Shown piece by piece: positions 38,896-52,500 of a stretch of DNA of 64,000 nt; within the stretch, counting starts at the first letter, position 1, and every line of letters begins with the position of its first letter. The translations under genes and the position numbers were made by a program. The DNA is from Phoronis australis (lineage: Eukaryota > Animalia > Phoronida), in assembly GCA_002633005.1 (NCBI GenBank), contig NMRA01000136.1:438215-502214 (forward strand). The letters are read 5' to 3'. A model generated the notes under the pieces. It was not told the DNA's origin and ran no database searches. It saw only the letters and a list, made by a program, of their open reading frames with translations.

Positions 38896-41740
38896 ATAAC
38901 ATTTACTGACTCACACGCTAACCTTGTCTCGCGTCCAATCTCTTTCCGCTTCTTTAGTATGACGTCACTTTGACGTTAAGGACCCAGTCAAATGATATCA
39001 AAATGGCAAAATCAAAAACGATAATATCAGCTAGGCCTCAGTGAATCGGAAAAATCGAAGGCTTGGAAAATGATTTAAAATGTGCTATGACTGCATTTCT
39101 ATTTAAATGCTATTTGTGTGTCGCAATCGCGTCATACATGTAATTTTCTCAAATACGTCATCACTTTTCATCCGAATTAGCATTGAAGTCTGGTAAATTT
39201 ACTTGACACCCATTTCTCCGTCGGTCAATCAAGGGGGGAATTCAACGGGTGTATTTAATCCAGCTGCACGTAAAACATGCTTTTGTAACCTTAACTGGTG
39301 TAACTTGAGTCATAATCCAGATGATAAACTCTGGCTGTGATCACCAAGTCACTGGGTCAGAACAATTTGTTTCGATTTACAGTGCAAAGTACTGGGCTTC
39401 GGTTTCCATATCTCATTTAGGTTAGCTAAAATGGAACACTGCACAATTGAAATCACCGATCGCAGTATCCGAATAAATGTTTGTCTCAAAACAGGAGAAA
39501 TAAGAGACAATTCGAATTCTTGGAATACGCCTATAAACAAGATCGAACCTTAGTAGACAAAATGTGACCAAATGGTCTGGTTTTCGAATAGTTCACCAGG
39601 CTGTGATGCAACTGGAAGCTGAGTGCGAGACGAAAGCCTACCAAACAATGGCACGTTTCATTATATCACATATTTAAATAAACCCATACCTGCAAAGTCT
39701 AATGACAGGAGAGGCCCAGTGAGGGTTTGATCGAGCTCAAGTCTGTCTGAAATCAGAATATCTATTCATTTATTTTAACGTCTATATAATGAGCAACTAG
39801 ATAAATGTTTACCATGAAACCAAAGTGGTTACATATTTAAAGCTGCAGTTCGTCCTGTTCAAATGTCTAGAAATGAAAATCTAAGTGTCCCTTTTACTCT
39901 AATAACATACGTCTCATAATATTCCTTACCGATAAAGGATCCCATTTCCGTTAACAATTCGAACACCAAAACAACCAATGACTCCGATGAAGCATACGCT
40001 TCAGATTGAGGTTCGACAACCCTGGAATTGCGAATTAGAAAATGACTTGAGTTGATAGCGGAAGTAGAATACTATCACGGTAAGGACTGTTACTAGACCG
40101 ATTGTATGAGACTAAACGGCCTAATTCAATTCTCGTTTTAGTCCGCTAAACAGGGATATGCAACTTTAAAATTTAACAAGCTTGTAAAATGGATCGATTG
40201 CAAAAACGCGAATCCGTTTGCTATGTGCGGGATTTACTACCTCGCGCTTAGACGAAGTAGATATTCTGTAGCGCATTCCGTAACGCAAGAACTCATGAGA
40301 AACTTGCAGCGAAAATTATTTGTTTATGGAACAGAAGAAGGGGATTACTCTCACAATTCATCATTCTGGCTTCGACACCGAATCATTTCATTGTCTGTCA
40401 TTTTTGTATAGTAAGGTTTCGAACTTACTAGCAAAGCACCAGCACTCGCTTTTCAGTTACTTGAATTTGTATGATCTTGCCTACATGTGGCCCGCAAGAA
40501 ACTTGCTCCATCTCAACGCACTCCTGGTAAAATAGTCTGGATGTGTCAACTGGACTAGGGCACAAAACTTTATCTTTAAAAGTGATGTAATGTATTTTCG
40601 TCCATACTCATATTAGTTCATGGCTATCAAAGACAGTGGAGTACACTTACTTTCTATATAACTCGCACATCTCCGCCGGCTAGTCGGACTTAGCACGGAG
40701 TAGTGCTTGTTATATTGATGGACGAATTCCCCAAAACTGATGCAGAGTGGAACTCCTGCAACAGAATATTTTGAGAACACTAAGTTCAGGGGTATGGCGG
40801 TCATAACTATTACACTGGTGACACCACGCACAAACGTTCATCAAAACTGCGATGTGTATCAATGCTATGCAGATAGACAAAACTGGCTGGCACGTGCTCA
40901 CTTCGGAACAGAGATTCAGTGTGTGACAGTCTTTCTTCTTACTATCTGTATATTCGAAATGTAGGTGTTTCATCTTCCCCTATACAGTAGAACGATTTCC
41001 AACAATCTTTTGACGACTCCCTCTATTCGTAATAAAGTCAATTAAACAAAAATTTATTCACCATTGGACTTGTGTAAACTAGTTGAAAACATAACAGTTT
41101 TTACAAGCAAGTGAGTCATGTGTAGGATCTCTTTGCATCCGTTATTACTTCCGGTGTCTAAAAACATGCCAATTGATAAACTAAGAGGGCTCTAAATACG
41201 AGCAAAAGTGAGAAAAAAATCAAAAGTTTGCAATTTGAAAACTTACAAATTAGCTGCATTTAGCGAAAGCTTTGAACAACGAAATTTTGATCGCAACACG
41301 AATATTTCGGTATATGTTTTCAATGGTTAAAGTGACGCTTGTGCTTAGAGACCCCGTTGACTATCACCATCTGTCATGCAAACGGTTGACATTAGCTTGT
41401 CAGTGTGACATGCCAGCCAGTCAGATACCAAGACTGAGTTCCATAAACCAGAAGACACTAGCTTGCACTAGCGGCGAAAAATGTTCACTTATGTAACGGA
41501 AACTGTTTATTCAATCCCACTTCAACACTCCGACCTCACCGACCAATCAGTGCAGTGACCGCTATTTTGTTAGCATAGGCTAGTAACCTCCCGAGCATTC
41601 TCGCGAAATACTCATTTTTCACTCGCGTGATTTCCAGGACCTTGCTAGTTCATTTTGTTTTTCTCGCAAGAAAGTAGATATTCGAAACGCTCTCCTCCAT
41701 GTAGACTGTTGCATAAAACCGTGTATCACTGTTGTGATAT

Positions 41741-41898
41741 TGGCTGCACTTGAATGACTTCGCCGGTAGGCCCTACCGCCTGGTCAACCGACTAGGGCAT
41801 CTGATTGGTTCTTGATGACAATTTCCGGCTTTTAAACCAATTAAAAGTCGTAGTTGGCTGACCCGGCGGAACCGGCGAAGACATTCGAGTACAACCAT
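41741..41898. mobile_element. Palindromic MITE-like element
   Basis: TGGCTGCACTTGAATGACTTCGCCGG...CCGGCGAAGACATTCGAGTACAACCA imperfect inverted repeat spanning most of its length. Confidence 0.6.
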
Positions 41899-42746
41899 TG
41901 TACATCTGGATGGTTACAAGAGACTGAATCACCATATTTGTTCTGTGCCAATGATGAAATATGTTATCCGCGCCACATACACGAGTTTATTAGCTAAACT
42001 CGAAAAGCCTATGGTGAACAAATTTACATAATTACCTAATGAGGGAGACAAAAATGAAACTCTCTACGCTAAAATATAAACATGCCAACTATCCAACTCT
42101 TAGCATACCATTTCTCAATAGCCTTTTCTTGATACGGCTCTTTTTTGATCTCGGCAAACCAAAAATTCGCTTGAAGATTGGCATTATGTTTTATTTCCTG
42201 AGTTAGCTGACCTTCCTTTCACGTGTAACTATCTCTCGTGATTCCATGAGAGCCCAACTCGTGAAGCATTGTTGCAAGAACGATCCCTAGATGTGGAAGA
42301 ATTGTCTTATTACGAGTAACGTAACAGTTAATAAGTAAGCCTATTCCCATTGACATGAACAGATCATTCCAGTTCACCTCGGGCGCTTAACTTAAGTAAG
42401 ATGCTTCGGAGTAGAGCCAAACTGAACACCTAGGGTGTTTTCGTAACCTCTGTTATCCCATCAGAGATGAAAGTTATCTGCGCATGTGCGAACTTCAGTC
42501 ATACGAGCAATCATTCCCCAGCTTAGTCGAAAGTCACAAATAAGGTGGCACTCAACATTTTTTTGCTGGTTTGGGGCATGCAAAACCAGGTCGAGCCAGT
42601 TCCAATAGTCTGTTCCACAGGATGTACAAACCTGAAAATATGAAGAGTATAATCGGTCAAAGGATCAAAAACCTTGCACAAAGTCCATTGAAGCGAATTC
42701 AAATGTCAGTTTAGGGGGGTGACCATTCGCAACCCTTGAACATTTT

Positions 42747-43214
42747 TTAAATATGCAAATTAAGGCCTCCATTATGCAAAATTCTGCTTATTATTTCCTT
42801 ACTATGCACTGCAGGCAGATTATTTTGATTTCCCCTCTGAATGAAAACATAGATCTGCCACTGAATATATCTAGAATTCAATTTTTGAGTTGTCTAGAAT
42901 GAGCATTATTCGAGCTTAAGTTTCGACTGAACTAACTTCCGATATTTTTTAAAGTTTTAACGAAAACGTATCGTAAAGAGTACTTTTAAAGCTGATGTAA
43001 ACCGGCGTCAATTAAACTTTTGATTTACGTTATATAAATTAGGCTCAACGTTCCCCTTTTATTGCGTGAGTATTTCAGGTATTTGGGAGAAATAACTGTT
43101 TGTTATTGCTTGGGAGCATCATGGCCACATGATCTGACCCCAAAGCCAACGTCTTGAAGCTGTTCCGAACAATAAATAAACTAAATCAAGGGTTAGTTTT
43201 TGTCAGAAGGGTTT

Positions 43215-43252
<38 letters not shown>

Positions 43253-44184
43253 CAGTTTTAAAAGCAACGATGCACAGGACATTCATTTGTGCATTCACAT
43301 CCTCACTTCACCGCTTGCTATAGTGGCCACTTTATCAGTCATTCGCACGCTACTTCCTGTTGTCAATAATCACCAATTCGGTCCTCCCGTCCAAAAGCCA
43401 ACTCAATTAGGGATAACTACAAGCTCCTCACACGCTACTGATAACAGGATGGGTTCGGCAAGCTTNTTAAATATGCAGATTAAGGCCTCCATTATGCAAA
43501 ATTCTGCTTATTATTTCCTTACTATGCACTGCAGGCAGATTATTTTGATTTCCCCTCTGAATGAAAACATAGATCTGCCACTGAATATATCTAGAATTCA
43601 ATTAAGATTGAAAATATTTTTGAGTTGTCTAGAATGAGCATTATTCGATCTTAAGTTTCGACTGAACTAACTTCCGATATTTTTTAAAGTTTTAACGAAA
43701 ACGTATCGTAAAGAGTACTTTTAAAGCTGATGTAAACCGGCGTCAATTAAACTCTTGATTTACGTTATATAAATTAGGCTCAACGTTCCCCTTTTTTTGC
43801 GTGAGTATTTCAGGTATTTGCGAGAAATAACTGTTTGTTATTGCTTGGGAGCATCATGGCCACATGATCTGACCCCAAAGCCAACGTCTTGAAGCTGTTC
43901 CGAACAATAAATAAACTAAATCAAGGGTTAGTTTTTGTCAGAAGGTTTTTTTTATATATATATATATAAAGCAGTTTTAAAAGCAACGATGCACAGGACA
44001 TTCATTTGTGCATTCACATCCTCACTTCACCGCTTGCTATAGTGGCCACTTTATCAGTTATTCGCACGCTACTTCCTGTTGTCAGTAATTACCAATTCGG
44101 TCCTCCCGTCCAAAAGCCAACTCAATTAGGGATAACTACAAGCTCCTCACACACTACTGATAACAGGATGGGTTCGGCAAGCTT
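42747..44184. repeat. ~720-bp tandem duplication joined at an N (probably two haplotypes)
   Basis: 42747-43465 matches 43467-44184; the junction is exactly the N at 43466; copies differ by SNPs, a ~15-bp indel and (TA)n length. Confidence 0.9.
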
Positions 44185-44689
44185 CAACTATGATGCCATA
44201 TCCCAGTTACAGCGTAATTCACCATGGGCGGCGCAGCACTGAAGTAAATGGGGAGGGGGGGGCTATGGTGCGCCGCCCATGAATTGATCGCAGTTTTATG
44301 TATGCATTAAGATTTAGTTAATATGATACAAATGCATGGGTAATAGCATTTTGAGCAGTGTAATGTTCAAAGACCTGCATGTAATAATTTACTATTACAC
44401 GAGAATGAACAAATAAAAACGAAGAAATCAACACAAACAAAAATACAACTACTAGAGCTACGAGGGCGCTATGCACTTAAAATTCAAGTCAATAAATGTA
44501 CGTGACGTGGATACAATATCAACAAAAATAGTCGAATCTGAGAGCTGGAGAAATTATTGCACTAAAATCTTTAGTAATTCAAAAAAATATGGATTTACTA
44601 ACTTCACCACCCAGCGTGATTCAGTTTTGAGAAAAACTAAATGCAAAGCTTTTTCATTAAAAATTTATAATTTTAGGGCAACAAGGTAG

Positions 44690-44800
44690 AGAAATGAAAA
44701 GAGACGTTTTGGTTAAAATATAGAGGAAGGCGGGATCAGCATGTTAAACCATGTTATTTAACAAAATCCTGAATATGACTTGGATGAGGAGGCTAATTAA
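44690..44800 (+). mobile_element. L1/Tx1-clade LINE ORF2 remnant
   Basis: Frameshifted MKRDVLVK/NIEEGGISMLN...NMTWMRRL resembles the post-RT K.....L....EGGL....W..RL motif. Confidence 0.45.
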
Positions 44801-46576
44801 AAAAAATGTGTAAGGATGTTTGAAATAGAAAAACGCTTAGAAGGCGGAAAAGGACACTTAATGGTAATGAATACCATAAAAGCAAATGTAGTCATAATAA
44901 CCTTTGTGGATATAAACATTGGACTATTGGTCGAGCCTAATAATTAGGTAATGAGCAGAGAATGGTTGCGATGGACCGTCGTTTAGTACCGATAGAAGTA
45001 GACACGGGAATTGAAAAACACAAGATTGGACGAGCATGAACTACTGATCTGACCTACACCGAAGTAGTAACGAAACATTTACTAAAATAGATACACGGCC
45101 AGGGCAATGTTTCATGGTCATAAACGAAGTTATGAGCTGCTGACAAATTTAGGGAAATGGAAATTGGAGACAATTTTTGTATAATTAGTGTTTGTATATC
45201 TCAAGGAACGCTGATGCTTGAGGCGACATTCCTCTTCTATCCTTTGCATGTTATTGTAATTCCAGTTAAGGAAATTGTCGCCGACACTAACATCCTTCCT
45301 TTTTGAAATTAAAACTGTTGAATACTTCTACATAAATCATTACACCATATACGCACTTGCCACCGTTTCGTACTCGAACAAAAGGCATCAACTGGAGGTG
45401 GCGTCTAGACCAGCAGATACCCGTTCGCGATGACTTGGTTGGCGGGCTTGAAAGCCCTTAGTGATACACTACTGGGGCTTATTAGGATGGGTGAGTAAAT
45501 TGTACTGCTTGTGCAACGGGTAAATGTTTTGGGTCGTATATGCTTGTTCAGGAATTTCCTTTTTAGTTTCTGTTTCTGGTTCGGTAGTTTTGCAGACTTG
45601 ATTAACCTTGAACGGTAACCTAGTCACATGAATTCAATCAATTGCCACAATGTGCTATGAGCCCGTTTCATGATTTTTTTGCCTTCACTTAGGCTAACTT
45701 AAGGCCAAAATGTCTTAACCCAATTCTTAAGACGAAAATTAATTAATGTAAGTGTATTAAACGGCTCCAAACGTTCAATTAATTATAATATATAAAATGT
45801 ATAATTTTGGATGAATGCTTGACTAAATTATCCACAGCAAGTGTGAGGGATCCATACTCTAAAACCTGTGACCTTATAAGGTAGAAATCTTTTGAATCAT
45901 TGAAATTATTTCCCTAAAGGCTTAACTAGTCAAGTATATAACCTCTCTGGTTCATTTCCTTTATATGTTACTATTACACGCTGCTATTTTTCACGCGTGC
46001 ACCCAGCTTAAAAATGGAGGGGCTCGAATTTTTGAGAATGTGGAGCTTTTACAAAAAAACGGGATACGTTCAGAGGTATGAATTGTACATTCGCCGAATT
46101 TTGTTATTTCCTGCCTTTTTAGTGGACTTTCTTCTCGTTTTCTACTTTTTCGGACTTTTTGTTTCTCTGAGGCGGACCTTTTTGCCCACTTCGCCAATAG
46201 GGGGGCTCGTTCGAGCCCCTCTTCTCCTCCCCATGGGTGCGGGCATGTTTTTCGCATTTTGTTAACACTACCTGTTTTTAGAATTTAATATGTTTTTAAA
46301 CCAGTCAGGTACGTGAAATGATAATTACTTAACAATTAAATTATTTACCTTTTGCTTCTGGTATAATCACCAATAACTGACAAAGGGCTTTCTAATGATT
46401 GTCGCTCTTATGCAATTCGATTGAAAAACGGATGAGTTGTGAAAAGTTTTAATGGAACAAATAACGTAGAAAATATATCTGAAACTAAATAAGGCGATCC
46501 AGATCCTCCCAAGGATACTATTGTTTCACGAAATGTATAATATAAATAGGTAAATAAAACAACAAGAATGGGTCAA

Positions 46577-46614
46577 CTGAAACTTTCGGATGTAATAACG
46601 TTCTTTGTCAACAG
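46577..46614 (-). ncRNA. Second, more decayed copy of the variant hammerhead motif
   Basis: Minus strand CUG-UUGACAA-A-GAACGU-UAUU-ACAUCC-GAA-AGUU-U-CAG. Confidence 0.45.
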
Positions 46615-47487
46615 AAACTGAAATAAAGTAAAATCAAACACTATATGACAATTGACATTTAAGATATGGTGTAATGAATATGATACATTTTTGCGTAAAA
46701 AATTCAATGATATAATTTAAGAAGTTTTTATGTTCAATCCATGAGTTTCTAGTGTATTGAGTTTGTCTATCCAATATTGTTCTCTTTTGAATCTGTGAGG
46801 GGTACTGGGGTGTTGGAGTTTTTCTATTATTTGTACAGAAAGATCTCGAATAGTAAGTTTTTTGAATTGAAATGATTACCTATAGTATCAGAAATGTTTT
46901 TATATATTATGTTGAATCTATGATTACGAAACCGAGTTTGTAGATTATGTTGAGTTTGTCCTACCTACTGAATAGAACATTTTTACAAGTTATAAGGTAA
47001 ATAATATTGTTGGTGGTGCAATCAGAATAATGTTTTATTTCAAAGTTTTCATTGGTTTGGAAAGACTGGAAAAAAGTGCTATCGTTGATAACAATATTAT
47101 TTACCTTATAACTTGTAAAAAATGTTCTATCCAATACGTTGGACAAACTCAACATAATCTACAAACTCGGTTTCATAATCACAGATTTAACATAATACAT
47201 AAAAACATTTCTGATACCATAGGTGATCATTTCAATTCCAAAAACCACATTATTCAAGATCTTTCTGTACAAATAATAAAAAACTCCAACACCCCAGTAC
47301 CCCTCACAGATTCAAAAAAGAACAATATTGGATAGACAAGCTCAATACACTAGAACCTCATGGATTGAACATAAAAACTTCTTAAATTATATCATTGAAA
47401 TTTTTACGCAAAAATGTATCATATTCATTACACCATATCGTAAATGTCAATTGTCATATAGTGTTTGATTTTACTTTATTTTTGTTT

Positions 47488-47525
47488 CTGTTGACAAAGG
47501 ACGTTATTACATCCGAAAATTTCAG
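47488..47525 (+). ncRNA. Variant minimal hammerhead ribozyme motif (U3-A8 core)
   Basis: CUG-UUGACAA-A-GGACGU-UAUU-ACAUCC-GAA-AAUU-U-CAG downstream of the GIY-YIG stop; compensatory C3U/G8A change, palindromic AAUU stem III. Confidence 0.6.
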
Positions 47526-47629
47526 TTGATCCATTCTTGTTGTTTTATTTACCTATTTACAACGGAACAAAAGAATGCAAATAACTATCACGCATGCGAG
47601 GCGAGATCGGAGTTGGCATTCCAGGCGTG

Positions 47630-47757
47630 CGTTCAGTAACGCTAGGACCTAGCTGAAATCTAGCTAAAGTCACGTGTTCTCACTTAAAATACACAGCAAT
47701 ATCTCACGTAATCTCGCGAAGTCTTGCTTTTTAGCGAGGTCCTAGCGTTACTGAACG
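47630..47757. mobile_element. Small MITE-like inverted repeat
   Basis: CGTTCAGTAACGCTAGGACCT / AGGTCCTAGCGTTACTGAACG, 21-bp perfect terminal inverted repeat. Confidence 0.7.
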
Positions 47758-49589
47758 GGAGGCAGGGCTAGAGATCTATGGTCGTACTCGTGCTTTCAGT
47801 TATGATTCAGCGCTTTGCACCCAGTAAAATAAAATCAAATTGCCAAAATTAAAAGCAATAATAGAACTCATGTTGCATTTTCAGGATGGTTTTGCTCCGC
47901 ACTTACCGTGTTCTTGTTCCACGTGACGTCATTAAACATTGAAGCTACTGACGTTTTGGGCTCCACTTTGTTGGTCCTCAGAATTTTGTGAGTGCAAATT
48001 AAAGGAAGTACTTTTATGTTTACTTTAGAGAGGGAGTCAGAATTATAGTAGATTGAAACCCATATGCTAGATATTTGAAAATACGTCGATAAACGCGTAA
48101 ATTCGGATGTTTAGTGATGATGTATGTGCCAATAACAACATGACGCGATTTAGACTCACGAATAGGAATAGAAATGCACAGTCACTGCAAAGATGAACAA
48201 TTTTGCGGGTCTTGAGATTCAGGTAATCACGGGGAATATTTAGCTTTAACGCGTTTGGATTATTCGAAAAATGTGGCACACATTGCATGCTACCATAGAG
48301 TTGAGAAAGATAACAAATGACCAGGTCCATGACCGGGTAATAATTTTCGAAATACTTAGTAATTTACAGCGCTGAGTAAATCTGACTTGATTATTGTTAT
48401 TGGTTCTAACCATGACATTGAAATTTCAATTGAATGCCCAGAACGTCAAAACAGTAACGTACTAAACAACCGAATAGCAGTCAGTGAAAACATATCTTAC
48501 AAAATAGGTCACACTAATCTTGATTGTTTATGTCTGAAGAAACTTTTCATCTGATTTTCTTAGATTTAGTTTTAATGAGGAGCATATTCAGGTCGTGTAT
48601 GTCTAACCCTTCAAAAACAGAACATTAGCATTTTGTATGAATAATGAGGAGTGTAGTTTTCTCGCGGCACTATTCGTTTGCTAGAGGGGGTAGTCGCTGA
48701 CCTGCTTCTCTCAGCGCCGTGAGTGCATTCGTTCATAAAAACAGTGAACTCTGGTGAAGATGTTCGGATTCGACAAATGGTGACATGTAGCGCAAGTAAA
48801 GCAAGGTTTCGCGCACCCCCACATAAATACACGTGTGCGCATACTCACACAGTTCACACAAGTCACTTTTCATTTGTTTTCAATCGCATTTAAAAGACCG
48901 GTCAGGGTATGTTATTGAGAGAAGCAAACGTGAGACCATGAGTCACTTATTGCATTTGTACGACTATGTCAGTCACCAGGTGGCGAGACCGGCTCGACAC
49001 CTCGTCAAATCACCGAGAAAAATCAAACAATATTATGTCGTGGAAATCGATGACATTTGGCACGTCAGCTAAAATAGTTCTACAAAGAACCGTTTTATAT
49101 CGAGACTGAAAAATACGAGTATAAGGGAAAGAGCAGAAATGATACCACGTTATCAAATGTACCAATGATTAATACGTGTGATTACAAGATAATTTCGAGC
49201 CTTTTTCGACCGGAAATATTTGCATGTGGTCTTTGGAGATAACTCTAACCAGGTATCAGTGAAATAATACACGCTAGTGTTGGCTGACGAAGAAAGTGAT
49301 AGATACCTGACTGAGCCGAAGTTAACCCGTGGGATGGCCAGACTAATTTCGAAGACACGATGTACTTTTGAAATTGCAGTGAAATTATCAATGAAAAATG
49401 AAGCTGATAACGTTTGTCGTAAATTTTTGCTTTTCGAAAATGGGACAGAACAGCCTCTGTTTTACGCTGTCTTCTTCCATCGATCATTGCGGCTCAGAAG
49501 AATCAAACACGAATTAATTTAAATAATCACTAGTATATTCAGGCTAGGGTGATTTCGTTCCACTGAAATCCATTTAATGCTGTTTGCAG

Positions 49590-52500
49590 CCAATTGGCCA
49601 TCGAGAGTATTTGCACACTAAGCCTTTGCGCGGACGCCACGGTGAAGGCGCCCTCTCTCGATGGATGCCGAAGCCAGGTTTCTGCTGCGGTTAAAGTTCT
49701 TGGTCCAACATTGTGGTTGAATAGACTGTACTTGACGTTAGTCGTGTCGGGCTCATTTTCCTGTGAAATGTACAACAGGGTGACCGAAGCATACATGGCT
49801 TACGACAAAGCTTTCATCGTTGTCCTGACAACAGGATTGCTACTGGTTATTTCGCATTTCATACGAGGAATTAAAGAAGCAAGATGGTTTTGCACGGAAC
49901 ACCAATATGATGACGACGAAAGCGATGTACACAGGTAACAAGGCAAGTTTTCAGATATGACTTGTTTAATCCAGTATTTAAATACCTCTCTAGAGATGAA
50001 ACGATTGGAATTCGTGCATGAGTGTGTGACAAAAAACGTCTTGAAAGATAGGGGAAAAGAAAACGTACAGAAATCAAACTTTTATTATTCATTTTCGTTT
50101 CAGAGGTTTGCCGTCTGATACGCGCTACGTACATATCCCTTTTTTCGCCGTCCCGTTATTCGTTTCGTCGATAAACATTGCTGCGTTTGTGCGTATACTA
50201 GTAGCCACGCCACCTAGCTGTCATGCTTGGGCCATGTACTTTCGAATATGCGTCAGTCTGGTGTCATCAATATGTCTGACCATAGAACTAATTTATAAAC
50301 TGAAAACATCCAGCAATGTTTCGCTGCCTCTCAGCTCAAAACTTGTCATGGTACATATCTCGATTTCGGCCATAGCACCGGATGTAACTTTAACGTCGCA
50401 AGAGGAAATACAGTGGACGGTGGTGGCGCTGGCTGTTGTGTGTTCATTTCTTCCATTCCTTCCGTCACTGGTGAAACTCGTTCAAAACAGGCAAACATTC
50501 AGAAATGACATCAGTGCGCTTAAAACAAACTATATTAAATGGCTTCGGCAAATAAAAGACAGAAACCAACTAGCCCAAACTCTTTTCCTAACATCAACTA
50601 TTTTCCACGTTTGTGGTTTATTGCTTGCCGTGTCAACAATTTACCGTGAGTGGTTTAGCATTCGATTCACAGCCGACAAGTCATTGAAAAACATATTTGA
50701 TATTGCTAATAAATTTGAAAGGCAATTGAATCAGAGTCTGCTGGAACTTGAGACGATTATCTACATCGTGCAAGAATCGGAGTTCAGCGAAATAGCGAAA
50801 TGCGAATACTTCATCACAGCTCTGACTGGCGCCATTGCTTTGTCCTATGTACCATTCGTAGGTAAGCTATTCTACTCAATGAGGTTCGCATCTTTGTCCT
50901 ATGTACCATTCGTAGGTAAGCTATTCTACTCAATGAGGTTCGCATCTTTGTCCTATGTACCATTCGTAGGTAAGCTATTCTACTCAATGAGGTTCGCATC
51001 TTTGTCCTATGTACCATTCGTAGGTAAGCTATTCTTCTCAATGAGGTTCGCATCTATAGAACATGTTTTAGAGGATTACAACATACAGCGTGTGCACAAA
51101 AATCCAATTTGTAACTTGTCACTTAAATTCACAATTCGTGGCCCCTAACTGTTTCATATAACGAGATTCAGTAATGCAGGTATGTTGATTTTATGAGTGC
51201 GTCGGAATTTTAACTGCCCAGTTCTAGTTAAAGCAGGTCAACTTTTTTTGGGGGAGAATGTATGAAGTAGGTTTAAATTTTCTAGTTTCTGTAACAAGAA
51301 AAATGAAGTCAAATGATACGAACAAGTCATTGTTCAGTGACTTTACGAGTTTCATGGATTCTTACAGAATTCGACACCAACAGTGAACATCACCGTCAAT
51401 TTTGCATTTACCGTTTGTTACAGGAAATACTCTGGCGGTATCAGGTCGTCAATTTCTGAGGTTGGCAAAATTTTTGTCTCGCATGGCACAAAAGGCTACG
51501 TCATTTGGCGCATATTTCAAAGAGTTGAGAGTTGCCTTAAATGATCTCACAAGAACTCTGGGAACAAACAGCAAATCTTTCTCCATTGGTTTGTCAATCT
51601 CCAATTACACATTGGTAAGGCATTTGTTCAGTGTAAATGAGTGTGTTTTACTAAAAGTATTAGTCTTTAAACGGTCATTTTCTCCCAACTTGTAACCCTA
51701 CCGTGAAAACAGGTTGTGAATTCTTCTAAATTTGCCATATAATGGAAGTAAGAGGTCGCTTGCTGTTGAGATGCATCGATTCAATTTTGGAAAAGCTGAC
51801 CAAGCTCGTCAAAACGACCTAACACTTGTTATACATTCCAACGGTTCAAATGCTAAGTTCAGGGATAGATCTCATTTCATGACAGTGTGAAAAGATTTGA
51901 GGCATCTTTAGTGTGATTCCGTGATTTGAGTGGACAAGAAGGAAAGGTCCTAAGTTAAACCCAACTGCAGTACAGTTGCATCACGTGTCATGATTGTGTA
52001 CTTCTTGCTGTTCAACACTAAGCGTTTGTCGACCAAGTAAATTTCACTCTTTCTACCTGGACAGTCATCATTTTATTAAGTCTAAATGTTCACTTGAAAT
52101 AGTCTTATTTCAGACTGTCTATAATTGCCAACATTTTCAAAAGGTTATCAAAAGGCTCACAATCTTTGGTAGACCCTTTCCTCTTGAAAAAAGTACTTTA
52201 AAAATAATTTCCACCTCTCCCTATAACTGAAGACATTGTCAAAAGTTTTAAACCGCATACCGGAAATTAGGTCAGACCCAACCACCGTACATGTACGTGT
52301 AGTCGATTATCATGAAGAGTCCGCCCTCAATGTTAACGGTTGAAAACTCATCATCTGCTGCAAAACTGCTATTTTTTGCAAAGTTATGCCTCATTTGTAC
52401 ATACACTAAATATGGTATGATCTCAGCCTCCCTCTTAATCAAAGCACTCCGAATCCACTGCAAATGTGTCGTCAGAGTAGAAATGTTTAAAGCTGATGTT

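Larger units (their letters stand above)
46543..47559. mobile_element. Inverted pair of 5'-truncated Penelope-like element fragments (GIY-YIG endonuclease and 3' end)
   Basis: 46543-47011 is the reverse complement of 47090-47559; encodes C..NNIIYLITCKKCSIQYVGQT..L.TRF.NHR...HFN...WIDKLNTLEPHGLN with frameshifts, a Neptune-like PLE endonuclease. Confidence 0.88.

Noticed and set aside
40400-40975. Possible minus-strand exons with GTAAGT donors
   Set aside because: Could not build a phase-consistent chain or recognise a protein family
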